DNA of 64,000 bases, from positions 103,424 through 167,423 of the forward strand of contig NW_021833742.1 in assembly GCF_006345805.1 (NCBI RefSeq). Direction: 5' to 3'. This document shows, one piece after another, positions 11,230 to 22,934 of this stretch; position 1 is the stretch's first letter; every line of letters begins with the position of its first letter. A program made the translations under genes and the position numbers. Below the pieces are notes generated by a model. The model saw only the letters and a program-made list of their open reading frames with translations. It was not told where the DNA came from and made no database searches. The DNA is from Octopus sinensis. Its lineage: Eukaryota.

Positions 11230-12050
11230 GTTTAAGCTAAATGGAAAAACTTTTGCATTTTTCAATAAATCTTTCTAAAAATTGAAAACGATATTCCTTA
11301 TTGATTAAATTCCACGAAGTCATCACTTAATAAAACAGCTCTTTTTTCAGTAATGTTTTTTAACATCGGCTTTTACTACAGACCAGAAATGTTCAGTAGG
11401 ATTCACGATGGAACTTTAAGGATGCAATCTTAAAAATTTGTAAATATGAAATTCCTTTTCTAATACAATTTTTTAAATACTATAATGGCAAGGAACGTTA
11501 TCCAGAACAACTACATGTTTGTAGATCTTTTAAACATTTTTAAAAAAATGACATTATCCATTCAATTGGTTTTTTTCGACAAAATGCTTCTCTTTTAGCT
11601 TCATAATGTATTAATCAAAGCAAACCAATACAATCATTTGTTTTTGAATTTGCCGCAGCACCCAGTTCCACTAATTGATTTCTTCTCAGATCGGGAGTAG
11701 GCAAATTAGCACAATCATTTACACAATTGATCAGGAATCAACAGCGCAATTAAAAGAATTTGCGTAGTAATGTTAACTATTTATTCAAGTTTTTTGTGAA
11801 ATTACAATTTATTTTATGGTATCCTTTTTTACGAATCTTTTTTATTTTTTCTTTTACTTAGAAATGTTGACTTCTTTATTCTAATTAAACTTCCATAATT
11901 GCTCTCCAAATAAGGTAACAATATTTTTTTACTTTTCAATGGTTAGTACTAATTTTTAAGCAAAATTTTTTTCTTTAAAAACGGCAAAATCTGAATATCA
12001 AGGTTAAAATCTATGTCAAAAGAGTAATAAGATAAATTGTGTAGCGAAAT
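11230..12050 (-). mobile_element. IS630/Tc1-family transposase remnant
   Basis: Degenerate VVLDNVPCH and LRLHP*SSIVNPTEHFWSVVKADVKK motifs. Confidence 0.55.
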
Positions 12051-12336
12051 GGCTCTCGAAATTTACTGTCCTTTTAGTCCAATAAGTATATATGGTACAA
12101 AATCCTTATGACGGGGAAACCCAGTCCTTTTGTTTGCAGTTTGATTAGAGTTGAATTAGTCCATATTTTTCGAACCATCGCCACATAGATCGTGTCTCTT
12201 AGACCAAACGTCGAGCCCCCTGGATTTGAAAGTAAGTGTAAAAACAAACAAGTCGTTAATACGACAAAAAATATGTCGTTTAGCTTTTTTACAGACACAT
12301 AAGAGCTTTTATAAAAACAAATAGATAGAGAAAATA

Positions 12337-12973
12337 TTATTTCGAAGTAATATATGCCAATAGAATAATACATACTGAAGAAAAAAGAGTGATGATAATT
12401 TTATTAGTCACTCTTGCATGTTCAATCCAGCCAATCACGGAAATTGACAGAGAAGTTATTTTCGCGACACCGTCAACGCGTCTTCCAATGCGTTTCAAAA
12501 GGTTGTTTTGGTCATATAGTGAATCAAGAGACGAACGACTCATATTTTCAATATTTGTCAAATTAACTTCGATTGTTTTATATGTATTATAAGATGATGA
12601 ATAATTTCCGAAGCCGTTCATTTGATTATTATCAAAATTGGACCAGTTTTTGTCGTTATTCTTTTTACTAAAATGGATTTTGAACTAAGTACGTTATTTG
12701 GTTGTTCTTAAGCGTATTAAAGTTCATCTTAAGAACGTTTAAATCTGTTTTGAACTGTTGAAAAACAGATAACCACGTCTCATGTGACTGAAGTCTTGTG
12801 TCTTTTAAATAATGTGACATTTGTATAGAAATATCATCTAATTCTTTAATAAATGACTTTTAAATAAACAAAAATTTATGAACCTCAATGGAACTGGCAT
12901 TGCAATTAGGACTGTTTAACTCCCTGATCACATGCTCCTTTAAACATTCACTTTTCTTATATAATTTATCCAT
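12337..12973 (-). CDS. GOSR2: Golgi Qb-SNARE membrin/GOSR2 (3 exons)
   Basis: MDKLYKKSECLKEHV...SLDSLYDQNNLLKRIGRRVDGVAKITSLSISVIGWIEHARVTNKII followed by a C-terminal TM. SNARE motif and tail anchor. Confidence 0.75.
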
Positions 12974-13056
12974 TATTCAGTTATATATTACCACCCACAA
13001 AACAAGGTAGCATAATAAATATTTTAAAAATGAATAAATTTTTAACAAATAAAAAA

Positions 13057-15458
13057 TCAATCATTAGTTCGATTCAAATATAACTTTAAAGCGAAAAAAG
13101 CAACAATTCTAAATAAGACACAAAGAATGCAGAGGACGGCAAAATTCGTATAAAACTCAATATCCAGAGCCCCCATATTTTCCAAAACGTCGTGGCCAGT
13201 GGGAAACATACACCTCTGAGAATCAACACACTGCAGCTTTCCTCTATCAAATCCATACAATGTCTGAATCACTCCCAGAAATCCATATCTAAATAAATTG
13301 ACTATTATCCCAAATAAACAGATAAATTTTTATATCTTTGATAAATAAAAGAATACCTGATAATAGATAAATAGGAGAACCACCGTAAATAAGCAGGAAT
13401 CGAGTTAACTGGAATGAAATATCCAGAAAAAAGAAGCATAGGGGTAGTCATAACAGGTGCTAAAAACACCCCGGTCTAGACTATAGACCCAAATAAACAT
13501 ACTTCCATGGAACAACCAGCACCAATCAACAGACCTAAAGACTGCGACACAAATCCAGTCAGAACACAAATGGTAAGATACAATATAAATCGAAATCCAT
13601 CACTCGACTGTGCAGTCATCCAGTATATAATCGTCCCGTACATTACTGGGAGTATAATCTGCAAATATACCAAAACATTTCAACCTGTAGAGGAGTATCT
13701 GCAAATGTCTTGGCCATATAATAAGAGAATAGTCGATACCATGAATTCAACTGCTCTCTTACTAATATTTCCCGTTCAAGTGGAACTATAAAATTAATCA
13801 AGAAAGTTACAAGATAGCACAGTAGGCATGAGGGAGAGATACATTATAAACATAATCGAAATGAATTGTAAAGAAGAATTCATCAACGTTGAGTCATTCT
13901 TAGTCCCCACATTTAAATAAAGCAGTCCAACTACTATGGCCAATCCTAAATGGGATATCAACCGAAGACGAGTCAGTGACTGAAATAATAATTTGATTAG
14001 ATAAATTAACCGAATCTCTTATCGAACATTTTGTTGTTCTGATCAAAAGAATATAAAATTGATATATAAAAGATGTAGAAAAATGTGGAATTTTCTAGGA
14101 ATATTACTAAATTGTATAACATTTGGCCACATTTCTGAATGAATTGGAACTTGACTGTTAGAGTAGACGTTCGTTTGATTCCTGCTGTCATTAAAAACTG
14201 TGCGACGGTGAGCAGCTAATAATAACTATAAAAAAGTAACACCAAATTTTCTAGATTCTAATTCCTGGGCCTCAATTAAGGGATTAGTTGGGCCACAATC
14301 TCCAATCGCCACTTCAATGACTAAATTATACAAATAAATCCCAATAAACTATAATCGGCTGGATTGTAATTTGAAGGGCAAACAAATCCATGAGATGCAA
14401 AAAAATTATCAAGACACGTATTTTGTCCAGAATATAAAACTCTCCCATTTGATAACAAAATAAGCTAATTCATCACCAATCATTCAAAAATAAAAATTTA
14501 AATTATTATTTACATACAGCTAGACTATTTTTAGAGTATTTAAATAGTAAATAATTAATATTTCACCTGATCAAAAAGCAAGAAAGGCCTTGTGCTAGGC
14601 TGGTGAATTGTGCAAATTACAGTGTGGCCAAGCTCTGCCAAATATTTGAGTAATTTAACACACTGATAAGTCGAAGAACTATCAAGACCACTATCCACAT
14701 TAAATTAAGTATCTTAACCTGGTTGGTTCGTCAAGAAATAGAACAGCTGGGTCTGAAATAAGCTCCTGAGCTATAGCCAATCGCTTTCTCTGACCACCCG
14801 ATAATTTTGAAGCATTTACACGAAGACAATTCCCCAACCCCAATGACTCAACAATATCCATAACCTATTTTATATAAAAAAACAAATTTAGATATTACAC
14901 GGGAGTATTTGTTAGCTTCTGAAATATGATGTGGCAATTTTAGTTTAGCAGCAAACATCATTGACTCAAAGACAGTCAAATTTGGGTGTAGTTTGTCATG
15001 TTGCATTATATATGATGACAGCGACTTGAATGTTCTCATATTCCGAAGTCGGCCATTTATACAAACTTCACCTCCGGCAACTTGAGATCTTTTTGCTTAA
15101 ATATTGAATTTTACTTGTAGCCGGAAAGGATATTCATAAGAGAAGACTTTCCCGCCCCGGATGGTCCCATGATGACTGTAAGTTTCCCATGTTCGATAAC
15201 ACCACTCATTGGATATAAAATTGTTTTGCTTGCTAATATAAGTATTAGTAAAATAAAAACCATCTCCACTGCGGACAATATAGCTTAAATTGTAATATTG
15301 AATGTCAATAGTTTTGTGATATCTTAAACTAGATTGGCGTAAATCTGAAGAATGTCTTTCGATGGATTGAGAATTGATGGTGGGACTAATATTCAGTTAA
15401 GAAAATTTATTTACTGGTCGGTATAAACCTCTAGTTGTGTATTTTGTCGAACATTCAT
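13057..15458 (-). CDS. ABCG half-transporter (ABCG1/4-White family), multi-exon
   Basis: Walker A GPSGAGKS, signature [15 protein letters not shown], Walker B LFLDEPTSGLDS, and ICTIHQPS, followed by a TM domain. An open frame was traced across GT-AG micro-introns. Confidence 0.9.
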
Positions 15459-15784
15459 AATAATCTAATCAATAACTAAAATATGTTTTATAATCTATTT
15501 TTTATCAAATAAATAATTAATGTTTTTAAATTAAAAGAAATAGAATTATTCAGAATTGTAACAGGATCATTATTTATGTTAATAAAATTTTGGAAACAAT
15601 TATGAATTATGAAAAGATTTAATGTCTTCATAGACTAACAACATAAAAAATATAGTTATGCTATAAAATGAATTATTGACGGAATATAAGCCTTTAGAGA
15701 CATTTTTAAGCCCGATTGACTTACGTTACCGTCTTGGTATTTAGTTACGATTTTCTTGTGTCTTCACACAAGAAAAAATTTGGG

Positions 15785-16000
15785 TTCTGGAGCCCACTGG
15801 TCTTGATCACGGAGACGGCAAATGTCCGGACGGAATGACGGTTTCCTCATTTAGCTAGGAAAAGTGTCTCGTATGGGGTGTTACCTGTGCGGACACTTTT
15901 GCTCTGGGGACCGTTACTCTGTCTGCGTCGTGTCTCACCGGCCGAGGAAAAAAACGGAGGAAGTAGGCTATCCGCGGTGCGGCCACTGGCGAATTCTGAT
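15785..16000 (+). mobile_element. CRE-like RLE fragment
   Basis: Translates as VLEPTGLDHGDGKCPDGMT..FS*EKCLVWGVTCADTFA. Confidence 0.75.
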
Positions 16001-16473
16001 TTTCAAAATTAGCAGTTATTGTCAAGGGATATGACAAATTGTAAAATCTTTAATTTCATGTAATTTATTAAGATTTTTTTGAATAAAATTCGATTTAGAT
16101 TTAAAATTTGGGAGTTCAAAGTCAACACGAATCCGGAAGGGCTGATCTATGGCATATATTTAGTCAATAGTTATTAAAAATCGTTTGAGAGCATGGTTAT
16201 TGAGCACAGACATGCCATCAAAATCGACAACTATATCGATCAAATTATCCGAACAATTAATATTTTTATCGTTAGAGGAGATAAACTAGAAGTCGCTGGA
16301 GGAGTAGAATTCTTTATTACCATACAAAGAGGGGAGATATTGAGATATGGCGGGTCAACAGTGTTTTGGCATTAAAAGACAAGAAATATTAATTCGTATA
16401 TACAAATACTGATTCGTTTTTGAAATTTTGTATTAATCATACAGCTCAAAAAAAGATTTTATTTAAGAATCAT

Positions 16474-18634
16474 TTAATTAAAGTATGAGGACGGAACATT
16501 TGATTTTCCTTTAGAGCTTGGACTAGGAAGCATTCCCGGCGCTCTCATTATATTCGATGGAAAATAAGGAACTGGAATTGATTCTTGTATCTTTAAAAAT
16601 TCATTTTCTAGTTTCTTCGATTCATTTTTGAACGATAACATTTGATTTTCCAATTCACTTGATTTAAAAGTGTTATCATTTGTATTTGTGAGTTTTTCAG
16701 TTCTTTCTAACTAATTGCATTGAATAAGTACATAGATACAGATTTATTTTCGACTTGTTTATTATAGCGAATAACTTGATGTGATACTTGCATTTCATTT
16801 AACTGTTTATGAAGCCAAGCAATGACATTCTGAGATGTTTGTTCTTTTTCTGTTAGTTCGTCGATTCGGTTTGTCTTTTCACTCAACTCATGGTGGATTT
16901 CTTTGTTCTAAAATATATTTATGAAAAATCAAATTAACTATATTTTTGATTTCTTCTAATTCGTTTTTATTCTGTTTTAATTCATTGTTTAGATTCTCAA
17001 TCTTCAATAAATTTGAAGCATTCAGATTTTTATTTTCTTGTAGTTCAGTCTCATATGTTCGCACCTATTAAAAACGTAAATTTCTAATTAGTGATAAATC
17101 AAATTGCTATTGAAAAATTTAATGAGATCGCAATTTTTTAAATCATTTTAAAAACCTTTGATGCCAAATGTTTGCAGTCTTTGTTCATTTTTTTAATTAT
17201 TTCATTAGATTTTGTAATATCATTTTCTCTTTCTGTCAATTTATCTCTAATTTTTATCATCTCATTCGCAAGTGATCTCATTTCTTCATTCAGAGAGCAC
17301 TTTAAATATTTTTAAATAAAAAACCCGCATATCACATTCTTCCTCCAATGCACATTCAACCCGCCTATTTTTGGTTTTCTCAAAGTTTAAACAATCTTCT
17401 AATTCCTCGCACTTGATTCGCAATGAACTCATAGCTTTTTCAGTTAAATGTCTGTTTTCTTCGAGGTCACAATTTTCTTTTCGCGCCCGTTTTAAGTCAT
17501 CAGAATATCGAACACTTTGATCCTCCAATAGTTTATTCCGAGTGGTTTGCTCATTGTATTTTACTTCAAAATGGCAATTTGTTTCAACTAATTCCTGTCG
17601 GTCGTTATTGGATGACAGTAATACTTTATTTGTGTTTTTAAGTTGCTCTATTTGTTCTTCATAATGTTTAATTTGTAAATTATTTTCCTCGACTATTGTC
17701 TTTTGATTTTTATAAAACATTAATTCTTTTTCTTTTAATTTCTATTTAAAATAACAGAAGTTAAATGGAAACTGTTTCGCTAGTTTCTTTGAGTTGGTTG
17801 ATTTCTTTTTTAGTATTTTCTATTAATTTTAATTCGTTTATTTTTGCATTTTCTAGTGCTTCTTTCAACTCAATTTTTAAATTGTCGACTTTCTATAAAA
17901 AATTACAAATCAAAGTTTAATGAAAAGAAAAATTATGTTAATAACCGATATTAGGAGTGTGCATTCATCTGAAAATTTGGTTTGATTAATCTTATTTTCT
18001 TCTTTTCTGAAATTCAAGTTTTTCTACCAATAAAAACGAAAATAAAACTTCAGAAATTTCGATACTTTCTACTAAATGATTTATGAGAGTTTTATCATCA
18101 GCTTTTTGTAAATTTAGAGCCAAGTGAACGAGGACTTTAAAAGGGTTTTTTTCGACGATATTCAATTCTGCATATTTTGAATCTCTTGCTTCAATTAAAA
18201 ATAGAGAAAATCTATTTAGCTATATATTTCTAACATATATACTTCGTTTGCTCTTCTGTTTGTGGTAAACAGCATTTCAATAGGTCTACAAATTTAGATG
18301 GGAATGTCGCGAAATCTACTAACAGAGCTTGGTTTGCTTTATCCTACAGTATTACAAAAATTAAAAACTTTTGAAAATCATCGTCCTTAATTGTTAACGA
18401 ATAAAGAAAGGCATAATCACCTCTTCTAGTCAGTTTAACACCTAAAAATGCGATTCCATCTTTAAAATGTTGTTCTAGTTTGACGTGAATTTCGCCTAAT
18501 CTAAATGAAAGGTATGCAGTCATAATATATTAATACAATGGATCGCTGTCAGTTGTATTGTGAAAGTATAACTCTGTGTTAATATCTTTGGAAAATAGAC
18601 ACTTTGTAAATTCGACCATATATTCGGTTGTCAT
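16474..18634 (-). CDS. SASS6: Centriolar cartwheel protein SAS-6
   Basis: Head domain YAFLYSLTIKDDDFQK..LLVDFATFPSKFVDLLKCC and LNIVEKNPFKVLVHLAL, then a long coiled coil ending NVIAWLHKQLNE. Confidence 0.9.
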
Positions 18635-18986
18635 AGATTAATAATTTATTTATTAAAAGTAATAAGTTTCAAGAACAATACTGTATATAATATATTATTT
18701 AGTTTTATTTTTAAACCGGAAAATCATATCTTTTTTACATCCTTTCTAATAGTTTAAAAATTCATAACATTAGATAATTTTATTCTTTTTTCAAGTACTT
18801 TCAAGTACTTTTAAAGAGACCATCTTAAAATGTCTTTCCTAAGATAAAAATTTCTTATTTAAAAAATTTAAATTGATGGGACATACATTTTGAAACATGG
18901 AAGTTTTAGTTGTTTGATCATGATTTATCAAAAGATATTAAAAATCAATTTATTTTAAAATTATGTCAAAGTTTGAATGATTAAAA

Positions 18987-19251
18987 TTAGTTACGATGGT
19001 TAATACGATATTGAATTATTTCTTCATCGACAATACGGTCATTGTATTCCATTAAATTCATGTCGTAAAGAATAAAACTCATTGGTAGAAAAAACAACCA
19101 TCCAATTGCAGAATAATGCAGAATCTTTTCCTAATTTGATAATTATTAAAAATATAATTGCCGGCAATGAGATATTAAACATTCTGGATTTGTAGCGATG
19201 CCCAAAACTCGGTTTAACAATTTTTGAAAATAACCGAACTCGTCCCAACAT
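18987..19251 (-). CDS. Small single-TM protein with mitochondrial-type presequence (possibly COX8-like)
   Basis: A 31-nt GC-AG intron (19131-19161) joins MLGRVRLFSKIVKPSFGHRYKSRMFNISLP to EKILHYSAIGWLFFLPMSFILYDMNLMEY...INHRN*. Confidence 0.45.
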
Positions 19252-19334
19252 TAAACTAAATTTATGATATTAATTAATCATTTAAACAATAATATTAGTT
19301 TATAATAAATAATATAATAGTTTTCATACGTGTC

Positions 19335-20275
19335 ATGGCAGTTAAAGATTTAAACACGATTTATCTATTTGACGTGGACGGGACACTGACCCCTCCAAGA
19401 AAGGTAACCTTAAATATGTATATCAAATCACAGCCAATAGAACAAGAAATGATTTCTATTTTGTCACAATTAAAAGAAAAAACAATTACTGGAATTATTT
19501 CTGGCTCAACATTACCAATGATTAAAGAACAATTAGGAAATAATGGTTAGTCAAACTTTTAAAATATTTTTCAGTTTTAAACGATTTTTGTTATGTTTTT
19601 GTGGAAAATGGTATTCAAGCCTATAAAAATGGGAAAATGATTTCATCCAACGTATTCTACTATTTAGATCAATTTTAGATAATGAGGGACCATATAGGAC
19701 ATGAAAGATTCGATTTATTTGTTTCCTATGCCGAAGATTATCTTTCTAAGCTTGATCTTCCGTTTAGAACGTAAAATTTATATTTATTTGTCTTAGGGAT
19801 GTTTTTGTTCAAATTAGAGAAGGTTTAATCAATTTAGCTCCACCAGGTCGTTTATGCAGCGACGAACAAAGACGTTTATTCAGTGAATATGACAAGGCAA
19901 TAATATTTATGTAATTTTAGATCAATTCTGTAAGAGAAAATGTAATTTTACATTTAAAAGAAAAATTTGGAGATTATGGTCTAACATTTTCAATTGGTTT
20001 TTCATATTTTATAATTTTAGGTGGACAAATAAGTATAGACGTATTCCCATGTGGTTGGGATAAAAGCTATTCTCTTACGATTTTAGAACGAGAAAATTTT
20101 AAAAATATTCGTTTTTTTGGAGATAAAACATATCAAGTTTTAGTTTGTATATATTTTTTAAAAGGGGGGAAATGACTACGAAATTTATTCAAGTCCAAAG
20201 ACGGAAGGATTTTCGGTTTGTGATTGGAAGCAGACAATACAGATCTTAAAACAAGATGATTTCTTATCGTTATAA
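19335..20275 (+). CDS. PMM2: Phosphomannomutase (eukaryotic HAD family), 8 exons
   Basis: [39 protein letters not shown] and [16 protein letters not shown]. Seven introns of 24-30 nt. Confidence 0.97.
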
Positions 20276-20709
20276 TGTTTTTTTGTTTTAATTACGATTA
20301 TTTAATCTTAGCAATAAAAACTGTCAATTTTGATTAGATTTTTTTACCATTTGTCAAAATGGTTTTAACGCCTAGTATGCATACTTTCTATGTATATAAA
20401 AATAACTTAGATTCGTTATTGAATACGTAATTAGTATTTAAAACTAATACTATTTCAATTTTTAAAATTTGAAGAAACTTCATTCATTTCCTATAACATA
20501 AGTCTCTACAACAAATTGAGGAGCAACAATGTTGGAATCAAGATCATATTGTCCATAGTGGACAAGAGATTGCAGTTAGAGAGCTAAAAAGTGGCTCAAA
20601 ACGAAAGATAAAAATTAATATAGCCAGCAAATTTTAAATAGTTTAATTCTGACTCTAATTTTGTTATAATTTATTTTTAAAAAAATCAACAATTGCATCA
20701 AAAAAAAAA

Positions 20710-21615
20710 CTATCTATTATGAACTGGCTCGCAGGATTGAAAGACAATTCCCGCGTAAAACAGCCAGCGAGATCCTCTGAATGAGGAATATAAATTCCCT
20801 CGGATCTCTGGAGCGGTGGGTGCACAAGCGGCCAAGTTTCTTGAGATGGGCAAGCGTCTTGGCCCAAAAACACAGGAGGTTTCGACAGCAATTGCCCAAA
20901 AGCAAAATCGATCGAGTAAGTCAACATATTTCGATAGTTTTGAAAATTCGGCCTTCTCGGCCGACAAGCCGGGACGACAAGCCGTAGCATTTAAGGCACC
21001 CTTGGCGAAGGAGTCGGAACAGGTGACGTCCCAAACGAGCTGTTTCCCGGATTCAAAAGCGAACAGCGTACAGCCGTCCGGACGTTTTGCATCATCAAGA
21101 ACAAGGCCCGTCGGTTCCAGAATACAAGGGAAACCAGCTCTTTCCAGAGCTTTCTGAATTAGACTGTTGATTTCGGTGTGCCGAGGAAATCGGCCGGCGC
21201 TCATTCGACAAGACAGAGGATGTAGACCAAAGGCGTCAACTTTATCCCCACAACGACATGGGTGAGGTCTGCAGACAGGGAGTCCAAGGCGATTACAGAT
21301 ACCCAGACGGAGTGAATCCCTATCGAGGACAGTATCCAAAAGCGGAAAAGGGAGAACATTCAGCCAGGAGCCTGAGTATGGCTGACAGACGGATCGGAAA
21401 CAAGCCAGTCTGTGTTGGTCGAGGAGTGGTTCCATGTCAGTAGAAGAACGACGGCAGAGAATTTTGTCCCAGTCTCGCTGAGAAGAGACATCGGAAGGGA
21501 CCTCAGAGAAAGGGAAGGGATTTATTTTTGATTTAAAGATCAGGTACTCAAAGTGATTACTTCTTTCTGATACCCTAGACAAGTCATATGGCAGACACAG
21601 TCTCTTTTCGCTCAA
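20710..21615 (-). mobile_element. CRE-like non-LTR retrotransposon, 3' portion
   Basis: SGSWLNVLP, CRCGDKVDAFGLHPLSC..GRFPRHTEIN, EPTGL..DAKRPDG, WDVTC.D, KY..L and AVETS (zinc knuckle plus RLE). One frameshift near the end. Confidence 0.9.
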
Positions 21616-21629
21616 GCACGAAAATGAAG

Positions 21630-21910
21630 TGTTTGATTCCCCAACTCGGCGTTTGCTTTGTCATTGCTTGATTCTGTTTCAACGAGAGACGACAATGCTT
21701 TTTAATGTTTTCTCTATGAATGTACGAAAACGTCCTTCACTAATGTTCAACAACTTGAAGTATCCCAAAAAGTTTGAAGTAATAAAACCATCCCATTTAG
21801 ATACATTATGTGCTTACTTTTGCTGATAGTTCATCTCTAATTCTTTAGAAAGGAGATCATATTTCTTTTACTTTTCAACCTCCACCTGGTGGAGATTTTG
21901 AGATTTTTCT
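21630..21910 (-). mobile_element. R4-like RLE remnant
   Basis: QVEVEK*KKYDLLSKEL...WDGFIT...IEKTLKSIV. Confidence 0.65.
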
Positions 21911-22729
21911 CTCACTTTAATTTTAAAAATTTTTCTAAGCAAAAAAAATACTCTTTATTATGTGTTTATTAATGAAAACTATTTAAGAATAACTTCATCA
22001 CCAATTAAATTCCGAATATTTCATTTCAATTAAAAAGAACAAATTAATTATTTGTTGAATAAAAATAGAAAACATATTGTGTATAACGCGATTTAAAAAG
22101 ACATTATGAGACTTAAAAGACGTTTTATTTTGTTCTTGCTAATTCACTAAATTAGAAAATTTAAACTTGTATGGGCAAGTTTAATTTTGAAATAGACATG
22201 AATTAATAACACTAAATTTGAATAAAATGCACCTTGTTTTAAAAAGTTTTTTTATTTTTTATTTGAAATCTAATTTTTAATTTTTCTTTAGAGTCAAACT
22301 AAATCTAGAGTTACAGGATATAAAATTAGAAAAAGACGGTCACCACAATTCTGAAGAGTCTTATTGATTTAACGTGAATCTGAAAACTTATATTTTTGTC
22401 TACAAGTCTGTAGTGGGGCCAATATCATTATATAAGCGCAAAAGTTGGACGTTCTCTGATGAAAGTAAAGTATTTTCAACTTGTTGACAAGACAGTGAGA
22501 TATAAATTGAAATTAGCTTTCAGAAAGAGGATTGACACACCATTGACTAAGTCAGAAAAAATTTCGGCGTACTACCTCAATAATTTAATTGAAGCGCGAA
22601 GAAAAGCTTTTTACTTAAAACAGAATTATAAAGGTAGAATCAAAACTGCGAAAAGACAGACAAGCGTCACTTTGCAATTAAGATTTTGAAATCCCATTAG
22701 ATCAGTTTTTATTTATAAATGTTATAGTC

Positions 22730-22925
22730 GGTCGTCGACCCAGGCTTCGCTTCTAATCGCGCTGAAGATGAAAATCCGGAATTACGGTCACCTCTCTAGT
22801 CTTATTTTTACGCCCATCGCCGTTGAGACCTCTGGGGTTTTTGGGTCCAAGTCGCTTTGTTTCTCCAAGTCGCTCCGGCGGCACGAGAGGGGGTGCAGAC
22901 CTTTCGCGTTCACCATATCACAACA
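22730..22925 (-). mobile_element. CRE-like remnant
   Basis: DMVNAKGLHPLSCRRS...GLNGDGRK. Confidence 0.65.
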
Positions 22926-22934
22926 CATGCGTTG

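Noticed and set aside
12074-12373. 99-aa ORF downstream of GOSR2
   Set aside because: It overlaps the GOSR2 3' end, has no recognisable motif and may be a TE scrap.
15785-16000. GC-rich hairpin-forming island as RNase P/MRP, SRP or a ribozyme
   Set aside because: It translates into CRE-type RLE motifs (EPTGL..DGK.PDG..W..TC.DT). The same holds for the islands at 22730, 38960 and 48880.
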